DNA from: Vicugna vicugna
Lineage: Eukaryota
Assembly: GCA_013265495.1 (NCBI GenBank)
Contig: MU057809.1
Location: forward strand, 248,001 to 312,000
Direction of reading: 5' to 3'
DNA: 64,000 nucleotides
Part shown: one piece after another, positions 13,200 to 24,900 of the stretch
Numbering within the stretch: position 1 is the stretch's first letter
Layout: each line of letters opens with the position of its first letter
The notes under the pieces: generated by a model
What the model saw: only the letters and a program-made list of their open reading frames with translations
Databases searched by the model: none
Told to the model about the DNA's origin: nothing
Program-made: the position numbers and the translations under genes

Positions 13200-14110
13200 C
13201 AAACGTGTACCAGGCACCTCCCAGCCTCCGTCGTCCGCTGCTGGAGGCAACCTCGCGCTAGGACCGTGCTGCCGGGCCAGGCTTCTCCCTGCGCGGCGAC
13301 TCCTGAGCGCGCGTAACGCCCCGAGAGCAGTCGCGTCGCCGAGCAGCGAGCACAGCCAGGTCCTACGCCAGCAGGCCAGCGCACACCCTCGTGGGCGTTC
13401 GCTACTGCGCCCTGCGGGGCTGGGGCGGGCCCCGCAGGGCTAAGGCCCCGGGAGACCCCGCGTCGGTCCCGGGCCGCGCGCTGGCAGCCGGGCCCGGGGG
13501 AGGCGGCAGGAGGCGGGGAAGCGGCGCAGGCCGCGGCCCGGAGAGCCCAGGGGGCCCGCCCGGGTCGCAGGGCTGCAGCCGCCGCCCGAGGTCGGCGGCG
13601 CGTGGCAACCCAAGCCCCCCGCCGGCCCAGCCCCCCTCGGTGAGGACGCTGGGCCCGGGGCCCTCTTCCCGGGGTCTCGGGCTCCAGGGCGCCGCCGGAG
13701 CCCGCCCGCGCCCCGCGCGTGCAGAACGGACCCCCCACGCCCCCACCGGGCCCCGCTCCCGGGGTCGACGCACTGACCTCCGCCTCCCCGGCCGCCAGGT
13801 GCGCCCGGGCCCGCGGCTCCCGCCCGGCCACAGCCCCGGCCCCCGCGCACTGCGCATGTCAGGCCGGCCCGGCTCGGCTGGAACCAGATCCAGCCGGCTG
13901 GACGGTGACGCAAGCGCGCCGGCCCGGCGCTTGGGCGGGGCTTCCGGCGTGTGGGCGGGGCTCCCTGCCGGAGAGACCCTGCGCCTGGCGCCCCGTCCGC
14001 CGCGATGGGCAGAGCTGGACCGTGGTGGGCGCGGGCCCACGCTCGCCGCGCCACGTGAAGGCCGGACGGAGGCTCGCAGCCTCTTCTCAGCCCACAGCTC
14101 GGCCGCCAAG
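13200..14110. promoter_or_regulatory. Intronic CpG island / candidate internal promoter
   Basis: Dense CpG. GC box GGGCGGGG 13933-13940 abuts ETS CTTCCGG 13941-13947. TGACGCAA at 13906-13913 and NRF1-like GCGCACTGCGCATG at 13845-13858. Minus-strand donor GAG|GTCAGT at 13778/13777. Confidence 0.7.
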
Positions 14111-15089
14111 TGGCAGACGAGCCCTCTCCCAGGGCCTGGCGACAGGCAGGCCCTGCCTCCACCAACACCTAGGCCTGCAGTGGACCAGGGCGCTGGCGGT
14201 CCCCACAGGGGAGGCAGGAGACCCACGCGGTGCAGGGCCCCCGGCTGCTCCCAGTCCGCACCCCACATCCCCACCAGCTGCAGCAGGGCTGAACCGGCTC
14301 GCTGTCGTCTCCCCAGGACCTTTGCACACGCTCTTCCCTGGGGCGGGAGTGCTCACAGCTCGTCCTCACTTCAGCTCCCCTATCAACCCTCGGTGTCAGG
14401 GAAGCCTTCCCTGCTTCACCTGCTGAACACCCCCAGCACTCAAGTCCTGGGGAGGCGGCACAGGGGCCTACATGAGGCAGAGGAGAAGCCTGGATGGCTG
14501 GGGGCGAGGGGTGGGTAGAGCGGCTCTGCCAGGCATGGAACTTCCCCCAAGCCTTCACCCAGAGGCAGTGAGAATATGCTTTCAAAACCAGGGGCCGGCA
14601 CCCCAAGATCATGTGGACCACTCTGAGCCATTAAGGGAAGAGTAAATACGTCAGACACAGACGTTATTAACCAGAATGTCTGGCTGACCAGCGTGCCCCG
14701 TTTCCAGGGCAGGCCACCTCCCAGAGAACTGATCCTTGGTGAAACCCGCAGTAAACACTGCAGGGGTTTGGAACACCGGCCTTCAGACCTCTGCTCACAG
14801 CCTACAGAGCTCCTGCACAAACCACTTCCCTCCCACTCAGCCCCGCCACCAGGACAGGCCCTGCTTGGAAGGGTTTGGCAACGGATACTGTGAGAGAGAG
14901 TGTGTGTTGTAGGCTGGGGGTGGGGAGCCCCAGCCTCAGGGGAGCAGGGTCCACTGTCGGCCCCAAGCAAGAGGAAGCTGTTGGAGGCCTTGGTGCAGCC
15001 GGCCCACCAGTCCCTTCAGAGACGGCCTCTGCAGGGCCTCGCTATCACTAAAGAGATGGAGGCCCCAACATCCCCGACTCCAGAATCTT

Positions 15090-17320
15090 ACGTCCAAGCC
15101 CAGATGGTTTCGCTGGAATTCTAGTAAACACTTAAAGAAGAATTAACACCAATTTTATACAGTCTCTTCCAGAAAATGGAAGCGGAGGGATCATTTCCCA
15201 GTTCACTCTATGAGGCGAGTGTTACCTAGATACCAAAACAGGAAGGAGGGAAGGAGAGAAAGAAGGAAGGAAGGTACGGAACAAAATCTCTCATAAATAT
15301 AAGTGCAAAAATCCCCCTCAGCAACATATAAAAAGAATTATAATGAAGCCCAGGTGGAGTTCACCGCAGAGAGGCAGGGCTGGTTCAGTATTCAAGTGTC
15401 AATCTGTAAAATCCATCATGTCAACAGGCTGAAGAAGAACATCACGTGCCCATGTCAGCTGATGCAGAAAAAGGATTTTACATCATTCAAGATTCATTCA
15501 TGATATACGTTCTCAGAAAACCAGTAATAGAGGAGAGGTTCCTCAGCTTGGTGGTAACATAAGACTGGGAACGAGACGGGGAGATCCACCCACCAGGCTG
15601 TTCAGTGTAGCACTAGAAGTTCTAGCCAGTGCAATAAAGCAAGAAAATGAAATCAAAGGCATTTGGATTGGAAAGGAAGATGTAAAACTGCCTATATGAA
15701 CAGACGGCATGATTGTCAACACCATGAAGATTCTGAGGAATCTACAAAATAACACCCAGAACTCGTAAGTGAATTTGGCAAGATTTAGGACACAAGATCA
15801 ACACACCAAAGTCAACTGTATTTCTATGCATTAGCAATGACTGCTTGGAAGCTAAAATTTAAAATATAACTCCATTCACAACTGCTCAAAGAAATGAATA
15901 CTTAGTTGTAGATCCGATAAAGCATGTACGGGATTTGTATGCTGAAAACAGACAGAAACTGAAAAATATTTTTAAAAAATCTGAATAATTGGAGAGACAC
16001 GCCGAGTTCACGGACTGGAAAGCAACACAGGAAAGAGTCAATTCTGCCCAACTTGAGATTCAAGTTTGATGCAATTCCTGCCAAAACCCCAGCAAGATTT
16101 TTCCAAGATTTATGTGGAAAAGGAACTAGAACAGAAGAATTTTGAAAAAGAATGAAGTGGAAAGAATCATTCTACCCGATTTCAGGACTGACTCTGTATC
16201 CAGAGTCATCAAGACAGTGTGGTGTTGATGGAGGAGACACAATAAATGGACAGAAAGGAACAGAGACTCCAGAAGCTGTCCCACATTAGCAATCTGATTT
16301 CTGACAAAGGTGTACAAGCAATTCAATGGAAGCAAGAGTCTTTTCAACAAATGGTGCTGGAACCGCAGGACATCCACGGGGAAAATGAACCCTGCATCAA
16401 AGAAGACACACAGATGGCAGATATGCACAGGAAGATGCCCCGCCTCACACGTCACCAGGGAAATGCAGATTAAAACAGCGAGGAGACACCACCCACTCCC
16501 GAACGAATGGACAAAACTGGGGACACTGACAACACCAAATTCTGTCAAGGATATGGAGCAATAGGAAGTCTTATCCATTTTCGGTGGGAATGCAAAATGG
16601 TACAGCCCATTTTGTAAGACAGTTTGGAGGTTTCTTTCAAAACTAAACAGACTCTTACCATGTGGTACAGCAATTGTGCTCCTTGGTACTTACCCAAAGG
16701 TCCACATGAAAACCTGCACACAAGCGTTTATNNNNNNNNNNNNNNNNNNNNNNNNNNNNNNNNNNNNNNNNNNNNNNNNNNNNNNNNNNNNNNNNNNNNN
16801 NNNNNNNNNNNNNNNNNNNNNNNNNNNNNNNNNNNNNNNNNNNNNNNNNNNNNNNNNNNNNNNNNNNNNNNNNNNNNNNNNNNNNNNNNNNNNNNNNNNN
16901 NNNNNNNCAGCCTGAACAGGCTGCATACTGTATGATTCCAACTCTGTGACCTTCTGGAGAAGGCAAAACTATGCACAGTGAAGAGACTGGGGGGAGGGAG
17001 GCGTGAGCAGGCAGAGCCCAGGGGGTGTTCAGGGCGGTGAAACTGGCCTGCATGACACGTCAGTGGTGGTTGCGTGCCACACATTTGTCCAGACCCATAG
17101 AATGTAAACACCAAGGGCGAGCCTGATGTAAAGTGTGGACTCGGGGTGACAATGATGTGTCCATGTAGGCTCACCAGCTGTAACCAATGTACCAGTCAGG
17201 TGGGGGCGTTAACAACAGGGCAGGCTGCACATGTGTGAGAGGGTATATGGCACATCTCTGCACCTTCCCCTCAAGTTTGCTGTGAGCCTAAAACTGCTCT
17301 AAAAACTAAAGTCTATTGAA
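15090..17320 (+). mobile_element. Degenerate LINE-1 (ORF2 3' part plus 3' UTR), spanning an assembly gap
   Basis: AT-rich L1 ORF2 remnants ('cagatggtttcgctggaattctagtaaacacttaaagaagaatt', 'aaatcaaaggcatttggattggaaaggaag', 'caattcaatggaagcaagagtcttttcaacaaatggtgctgg') and an L1M-type 3' end ('gtgagcctaaaactgctctaaaaactaaagtctatt'). No intact ORF. A purine-rich (GGAA)-like insert lies near 15240-15275. Confidence 0.9.
16732..16907. other. Assembly gap (176 N)
   Basis: Run of N inside the L1. Confidence 0.99.
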
Positions 17321-17329
17321 AACACAGGA

Positions 17330-18760
17330 AAAAACCTCAAGCCAAACCTCACAAAAATTAGCATAGAAAAAGTAACTCAAATGGATCATAGACTTAAATG
17401 TCAAATGTAAAGCTATAAAACCGTTTGGAGAAAACACAGGAGAAAAATCTTTGGGACCTAGGAAGAGTGAAGAGTTCGCGACATGACACTCGAAATAGAG
17501 CCCTGAAAAAAACCAGCACGCAGCAGCCAAGACACAGAGGCCGCGTGAGCGCCCGCCCACGGGCGAGCGGCCAAGGCGTGCTGCTTCACGCACACACGCA
17601 CAATGAAGTATCTACTGCCCAGCCGTTAGAATAAGACTTTCCCTGTGCAAAATCGTAGGTGAAGCTGGAGGGCACTGTGCTGAGTGAGGTAAGTCAGACA
17701 GAGGACAGATACTCCATGCTTTCACTTCGATGTGAATTCTATGCCCAACGTTATAGTTGTTATTAAACCAAAACAGAGGCAGACTCAGGTACAGAGAACA
17801 AACTAGCAGCCACCAGTGGGGAGGGGAGGGGGAGGGAAAGCCGGTGCCTTGCAGTGCCTTTGCTGGGGTGTGATCTATAGAAACATCGGACCACTATGTT
17901 GCACACCGAAAACGAACACCGTGAATCCATTATACAACAAGTTAAAAAAATCAAAAGAAGTGGACAACTGGACTTCACCAAAATTAAAAGAAAAACCTTT
18001 GATCCCTTGAAAGATCTCATTAAGAGGATGTAGAGACAGGCTCTGACTGGGACAAAGTATTTACAACCCCACGTGTAACAAAACCTGTTATCTAGACCCT
18101 ATAAAGAAACCTCAAAATCAACAGTAGAAAACCACCACCCAACTAGGAAGTAGGAAAGAGACACAAGACGTCTCACCAGCGAAGACACAGGGGCGGCAAG
18201 CGAGCACGTGGAAAGGCGCTGGACATCGCTGGTGGTGCCACCACGCCCCGGAGGGGCTGAGAGGTGGCCCGCACACACCGCCGGAGGGGGCACGGTCGTG
18301 GAAGCAAGGGAAGCTTCTGTCCACACAGAAGCCTGTGCAGCCTCGCGAGCAGCTTTGCCTGTAGGAATAGCCCCCAAACTGGACACCGCGGAAACAGCCC
18401 CCAGCTGGGGCTGGCATACCCTCACCGTGGAAAGCCGCTCGGTAGTCGAGAGGCTCGGACACCCGCACGCGGGAGGACTGGGGTGCGGGGAAGGGCTCAC
18501 CCCCGAGCCCTCGCCGCAGGTTCCACGTTCAGAGCCCCTGGAACCGGACCAGAGGCCCAGGAGGGCTGTGCGGGGCTGCGGCGTCCCAGAACCCACAGGG
18601 CGACAAGCCCACACGGACCCACACCGCTCTGCACGGCGACAAGCCCCTGGTTTTGACGTCATACCAGCATCAAAGAAACCGCCAGGGGCAAGTGTGCGAA
18701 GGGTACAAGGGACCTCTCTCTGCTATTTTCGCAACTTCCTGGGAACTTACAATTATTTTT
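17330..18760 (+). mobile_element. Second degenerate LINE-1 3' portion, interrupted by a nested L1 3' end (about 17515-17950)
   Basis: 'aactcaaatggatcatagacttaaatgtcaaatgtaaagctataaaac...gacatgacac' resumes at about 17955 as 'aagtggacaactggacttcaccaaaattaaaag', colinear in L1 consensus. Between them is a separate L1 3' end ('tgctgagtgaggtaagtcagacagaggacagatactccatgctttcactt') ending in an A-rich tail. Confidence 0.75.
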
Positions 18761-18789
18761 TTAATTTAATGTTTTTTTAAAATAATTTC

Positions 18790-18913
18790 TCTCTTTTTTA
18801 CGAGGGGGAGGTAATTGTATTTGTTTGTATTTGGAGGAGGGGCTGGGGATTAGACCCAGGACCTTGTGCAAGCTAAGCATGTGCTCTACCACTGAGCTAT
18901 ACTCTACCACCCC
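18790..18913 (-). mobile_element. tRNA-derived SINE of camelid type (Vic-1-like)
   Basis: Minus strand: GGGGTGGTAGAGTA-TAGCTCAGTGG (A box)-TAGAGCACATGCTTAGCTTGCACAAGGTCCTG-GGTCTAATCCC (degenerate B box)...AATTACCTCCCCCTCG plus A-rich tail. Family assignment is from recall. Confidence 0.8.
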
Positions 18914-21900
18914 TGTAATTATTTTAAAATAAAAATTAAAAGAAAAAAAATGATGAGGCATCCAACCTAAGAAGGAGCGTCTGTGCCTCCAGGCTCAGGG
19001 AGCAGGGAGGGGGAGTGGCTCAGAGGCTGGTCCCCCACAGGAGCGGCACATCTTGGGGACAGCCCCCCATGCAAGGCAGAAGGAGCGAGGCCACGGGTGG
19101 GGACCAGCTTGGACAAACGCCCAGCATCCAGTCCCAGTCCTGAGCCCACGTTTTTCTCTGTAGGGGAACCTCTCGCCTTGCCACCTTCTCATCGAGAAGT
19201 CTCACTGGGTGAAAAAAAAACAAGACCCCACCAGTGTCCTCTGGGGCCTCGGTCAGGACACTGGCACAGGGTGGACAGTCTGCCCCCCATGACTCGGCCA
19301 GATCTGCCATGGAAACGGTGCGCTTGCAGCCTCAGGGCCCCGGCCTCCTGGGCCACCTCTGAATGGCAGGTGGCTGCGGGCCCCCGGACGTGGCAGGTGG
19401 GGGGGGCGCCAGCACAGGCTGCTGAGAGCGAGACCTCCGGGACACACGCTCCTCCTGGGATCTCACTCCTCCTCGAGGAGGCGCCTTCACACACACTATT
19501 TTTAACATTGATTAAAGGTTTGGGAAGAGAGAAAATAAACTCCCAGAATAAAGACTTGAGTTCTCTCCCCTCCTGACCACAGCTTCGGTGCACACATGTG
19601 TGAGGTCTTAACCGACGGCAGCCGTGCCAAATCTGGAAGCTGGCGGGCGTCTGCAAGGCACAAGGAGGACCAGGGTGCTGATGGGGAGCTTCCCACCAAC
19701 CACCAACCAGAGGGCTGAGCACCGGCTTTGTGAAGGAGCGAAACAGGGAAAACAGGAGGAATGAGGGTGTGCACATCCGAGGTGAAGACGTAGGTCCCCC
19801 AGCAGGAGCCGGGCGCTGCCCTGCAGCAGAGTCCCCACTGCGACTCTGGGGTGCAGGGGGAGGCCCAGGCGGCACCGGGACACACTCAGCACCACCTGGC
19901 TTTCGACTGCCCCACTCTCCCTCGCCGTCTCTGTCTGACATTATGGAAGAATCCAAACACACGCACAAGGAGGAGAGTGTGCCGACTCCGCTGCCTGCGG
20001 TGTGTCTTCCCTCCTCCCCGTGCCCCCAGACCTCCCATCAGCGCTTCCCACACCCCGCAGACACTCAGGTACGTCCACACACCCAACACGAACAAATAAG
20101 CACACGCATAACTACAGCAGGATAGCGTTCTCTAAGTAACGGAGTATCACTGCTGATTGTACCGTCTGGAAACCAGACTGTGAGTTCTTCTTGGCCAAGA
20201 GTGCGGCAGACAGGTTTGATCAGGGTGAAACACCAAGTCGTGCCCCGACCTCGGGGCGTGTTACCTCGGCTGCACGGTGGCTGCCCCGAGTCGCACAGGG
20301 CTCGACGTCTCCCGGGCTCCCACGCGCAGACTTCCTCCACGTCCCCAGCTCTGAGGAACATCCAGAAACAAGCTGCAGAGCGTGCCCCTGCAGCCACGCC
20401 CGCCCTTCCTGCCCACGACCACTCACCGGCCACGGGGAACCTGCCCCTTGTGAAGGCTGGGGGAGCGCCCCGGGTCCACGGGCGGGGGCAGCACAGACGC
20501 AGAAGCAAGGTGTCCACTGCGGATGAGGGTCTGGTCCCTCCCCCGGAGCCGGGAGTGTCAGGGGATTTTGCCAGAGCCCTTGACTCAGGACTAACCCGGC
20601 TCCATGCGAGACGCTGCAGGGCTGCGTGGGGCAGCTCCCCTCGGGGCCTGAGCCCCCCCACGCACAAAACAGAGCAACGCCGCGTCCCCTGCGACGAGGC
20701 TGCCAGGGGCCCTGCACTGAGCCGAGCTGTCTGCTCTGGTCAAGAGCCAGCCTGGCCTCTCTAAACGGTGCCTCCACCAGGATTCCTAAATGCAAGAAAT
20801 CACTCCGTCCAGACTGCCCAGGTCTGCTTCAGAGAAAGCGGCTCAAGGCCGGTGCCAGGGGCCCCACCCAGGCCCCACGGGCTTCCTCTGGGACACCTGG
20901 CTCACCTGAACCTTTGTGTCCCCCAGAGAACAAGCAGGTCTCTCCGATGCAACAGCCAACGTGGCTGAATAGCTGCGTTGCAATAAAGCTCAGTTAAAAA
21001 GGTCGTGGGGCCAACTCTGAGATACCCTTGCCGCTTCGAGGTGAGGGAGGAACAAAGGCTAGAGCCCCGCACCCCTGCATCCTCCCCTAGCCTGCAGACA
21101 GCGGTCGGGGGCACTGCTCCCAGTCCTGCAGAGACGCGGCCGCCGAGGCCCGGGCACTTCTCCCCATGCGTGCGCGGAGCAGACAGCCCGCCCCCAGCCC
21201 CAGGCCCCGCGTGCTCCTCACTAGCATCCGCTGGGCCCCCATGGGCAGTGAACCGTCCTTCCCTCCACGATCCTCTGCTGGAGGGGCTGTGGGAGAGCTG
21301 GGGCAGCTGGGGAAGATGGGCTCACGAGGGGTCTAGAAAAAGGGCTGAGTTCGGCTGGCGGGCAGCCGCTGTCCCGGCAGGACTGCACCTAGAATCAGAG
21401 TGCCCCAGTGGACAGCTGGACTCCTCCCCGCAGAATGTCTTCCTTGCTTCAGTGGGGTCCTCATGCACCCACCCGGTGTCCTGGCGCCCTCCCCTGGCTC
21501 CCCCTACCCAGCTGCCGTTGCCTGTTCCAGGGGCTCTTGGGAGGGGCCACATTTTCCAGACCTCAGAGGCACCACCAAGGCTATGCCCGGGCTGCCGGGC
21601 GTGGGGTGTGCCTGTCCGCCTCAGGCTAGACAGGACACTGGGGCAGGTGGAGGGGCCAGGGCTCCGAGCATGGCTGAAGCCGTGGCTTGGGGCTCGGCAT
21701 GGTCTCTCTCGGCCCCAGTGGCCCTCCTCTGGGCTGGCCCAACCGCACCCCCAGGCCAACTCCAGGGGTCCCCAGTGCCCCCTGCAGAGGACCTGTGCAT
21801 CGGCTCACTGCCTGCCTTGGCCAGCCCCTCAGCACGCTGCCCTGTTAGAGCCACCAGTCTCCCACGGGCTCCAGCTTACCCACGCCCGAGAAAGGCACAG

Positions 21901-23199
21901 CTCAGGCAGCGCTGCACTGGACGCCTGAGTCGGGTAGCCCCCAGGCCCTGCACACAGAGGGCTGCAGGGATGGCTGCCAGCTAAGAACGACACTTGGTAT
22001 GGTCATCAGGCCAGAAGACTTCATGCACCATCAGACACCCATCCTGGTGCGTCCCGTGTTAAAAACAGGAAGATCTGCTTCCCCAGGGGACAGAAGAGCC
22101 ACTGGCAGAAGCCATGCGGGACAGGATTTGGTGGAGCGAAGAGGCAGGTGCAGAGGGAGGCAGGGAGGCAACCGCACTGATAAATGACGGCCTGTGACGA
22201 CCACACAGAAGCCGCTGGCCCAGCTCACCGCTGCTGCCCATCTCACCGGCCCTTCCCAGGAGGGGCTCCCCACGCTCCTGGGCCCTGAGCAACACCAAGT
22301 ACAGGAACCGAGCCACAGAGACGTCAGAACACAAGCCACACTCCTGGGAACGAACATGTGAACCGTAAACGTTCCTAGCCCTTGGTCGACCTCTCATGTA
22401 AAGTCATACCTCCCTGTAGGTGCATCATTACTAAAAAGAGGCTGCACCTTTGGAAGGAAGGACGGAAACCAGCCTGCCTTGTCGGCGGGGCAGTGGTGAC
22501 CCTCTGTCACCCTCCCAGCTCGCAAGAGAAAGACCAGACACAGGCTCGGCCAGCAGCCCAGGGCCCCGACTGGGAGGTGGGGGGAAACGCGGTAGCGGCA
22601 CCATCAGCAGGGGGCCTCACCGAGCCCGCAGCCCACGGGGCTGGGGGGCAGCCCGGGGGCAGCTCAGCGGGGCACCCACTGCCCGGCCGCCCTCGTCCTC
22701 CGAGGTAGGGGAGCTGGCCCTGTGAACACGGGCCTCCTCCCCGCCCCAGTGCGTGCCTGCCCAGGCACAACGGTCCCTGCAGACAGACAGACGGCTGGGT
22801 CTTGCACAGGAGTCGGCATGCGCTCTGGGAGCAGCTGGTGCAGACTGCAGAGCTGCAGCCCTCCGGGGAGTTTACACTCCCCGGCTCAGCAGAGGGGGCT
22901 CACTTTGAAGGCTCCCCGCATACGCAGACTCTGCCGTCTGGCCTGGGTGCCTGCTTGGCAGGGGAAGTCTTTCCCTGCGGATGAGGCAGCCAGATGACCT
23001 GAGGGCTGAGGGGCTTGAAGGGAGCTGCACTTCCCCACTTACGATCGGCAGCTCGACCAAGCGCGAGCCCATGGGCAGACTCGTTAAGCCTGGCCTTCAG
23101 GGGACTCTGACCAGGAATCCTGGGGCCCAGGGCCTTTCATAAAAAAGGAGGTAACAACACTTTTTAAGACTGCGGGGATGACCCCAAATCCCCAGCCCT

Positions 23200-23310
23200 A
23201 GGTTAGAAGTTGAAGACTACCTAGGTGCCAATTCTGGTGCCACTCTCTGCTGTGTGACCTTGAGCAAACTGCTTGAGGTTCCTGAGTCTCCATACAATTG
23301 AACGTGAGGA
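23200..23310 (+). mobile_element. MIR SINE fragment
   Basis: 'ctgctgtgtgaccttgagcaaactgctt' resembles the MIR core 'ctgtgtgaccttgggcaagttactt'. Confidence 0.55.
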
Positions 23311-23439
23311 AAGTACTGCGTTTTCTGGGTGGTAAGGCACATCTCCCCATTTCAGCATCTCTGAAATCAGGGTTCTCTCTGTAGCCGACCGTGTCAGAAC
23401 TTAACCGGCAGACTGTTTTCTTGTAGTGGTCCATGAAGT

Positions 23440-23565
23440 GATGATCTACGGAGCACAAATGGAGTCTCAAATTTGATGAAATGTGGGAGTGTACTCTGTA
23501 TTTTATGCTCAACTCTGCTGTGAGCCTGAAACTGCTCTAAAAAATAAAGTCTATTAAAAAAACCG
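23440..23565 (+). mobile_element. LINE-1 extreme 3' end fragment
   Basis: 'ctgtgagcctgaaactgctctaaaaaataaagtctattaaaaaaa', the same terminus type as at about 17280-17320. Confidence 0.7.
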
Positions 23566-24329
23566 GGAGTATATCCCTCGAAAGGCTGCTCTGGGCCCAG
23601 AGCAGGAGCGGCACAGGCTAAGCTGGGCATCGGCACTGGCTGGCAGTGGCCAGTCCTGCCCCGCTGTCGGATGCCCGCTGTCACAAAAGCCCAGTGCTGG
23701 GGTGAGGAGCAAGTTACCGTCATGACGACAGGGTGGAGGTAGGGGCCCCAGGGGTCTACAAGTGGCCTTGACAGAGAGTGAGATCTGGCCCTGCCCTTCA
23801 ACCAGAGGGAGTGTGGACCCCCAGCTGACCCCCGACTTCCCTCTCGATCCATGGTCAGGAAGCTGTCCTGTCAAGCAGGATGGCCCAAGGTGGAGCCCTG
23901 GGCCTGGCCGGCAGGACCACAACGCTCAGGGCCAGTCTTGGTGGCTGTTCCCTTCAGCCCCTGGTCACACAGCAAATCTGGATGAATGCCACAACCTGCA
24001 TACTTGGATTTCACAAAGAAACGTTCTGAGAAACTGAGCCAGAACGTGCTGCCAGGAGTCCTGCCCCAGCACAGGGATCAGAGAGCCGGTGACCTCACTC
24101 TCAGCTTCCCCAACACCTAACTATAGAAGCAGGTACAGAATTAATCCACTACGAACAAGGCACTGTCTCTTTAAATGGTTTTCCTGCGGCCAGTTCAGTT
24201 TACAAAGAAATTCCTAAAGCCAGGAAGTAAACGGTGAGTTTGGAGCCGCCGAGCACGCTTCAGGGAAGAGGAGCAGGTGCACCCGGCAGGACCCATTCCG
24301 ACCTTCGGAGGGAGGGGGCGTCTGTCCCC

Positions 24330-24900
24330 TGCAGCTTAGAGCGCGTTTGGCCATCCGACCCCGGCCGGGCCACTGGGTCTGAGCGCCGGGAACCCAGGCC
24401 CAGGGGCGGGGCTCACCGGGGCGTGGCCAAGCCCGGCGAGCTCCCGGGGGCGTGGCCTGGAGGGCGTGGCCAGCGGGCAGGCGCGGTCACGTGTGTACAC
24501 AGGCCCGCGCGGCGTGCGCGCCGTGAGTCCCGCCGCCTCCTCGGAGCCCGTAGCTGCCCGCCCGGCGGCCACTGCGTGGCCAGCGGCCCAGCAAGCCGGT
24601 GAGTGGGCGCCGAACGCGGGGTCGGGGGCGGTCGGCCACATTAGGGTCTCGGCCTGCACGGGGGCAGCCCGGGGACGCGGCGGCCCCGCGCGGCCAGTGC
24701 TCCGCTCGGACTCTCGGGTCCCCCGGCCCCGCCCTGGCGCTGTCCCCTTGCGGGTGGGGGCGCTGTCCCCATCCGTGGCTGCCCTCCAGCCGCGCCGAGC
24801 CCAGCGCGGCGCAGCCGGGGCCGCTGCCCTGCGGTCATTCACCTGTCCAGCGGCAGCTGAGATCTGCTGGCCGCCTAGGAGGTTCCGCACATGCCCTGCG
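24330..24900 (+). promoter_or_regulatory. GPR146: CpG-island promoter and probable non-coding exon 1 of GPR146 (donor after 24598)
   Basis: CpG island with GC box 24403-24411, three GGGCGTGGCC boxes, E-box GTCACGTG 24486-24493 and consensus donor CCG|GTGAGT at 24598/24599. It lies 8.6 kb upstream of the GPR146 acceptor, consistent with human gene architecture. TSS not determinable. Confidence 0.7.

Noticed and set aside
13391-14518. 375-aa ORF and several overlapping 200-290 aa ORFs on both strands
   Set aside because: Pro/Gly/Arg/Ala-rich translations of a CpG island, open in most frames, with no recognisable domain.
15303-16578. Short ORFs with L1 ORF2-like peptides
   Set aside because: Fragmented by stops and frameshifts; dead retroelement.
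18826-18913. tRNA-like sequence with A and B boxes
   Set aside because: SINE head with degenerate B box and SINE tail, not a tRNA gene.
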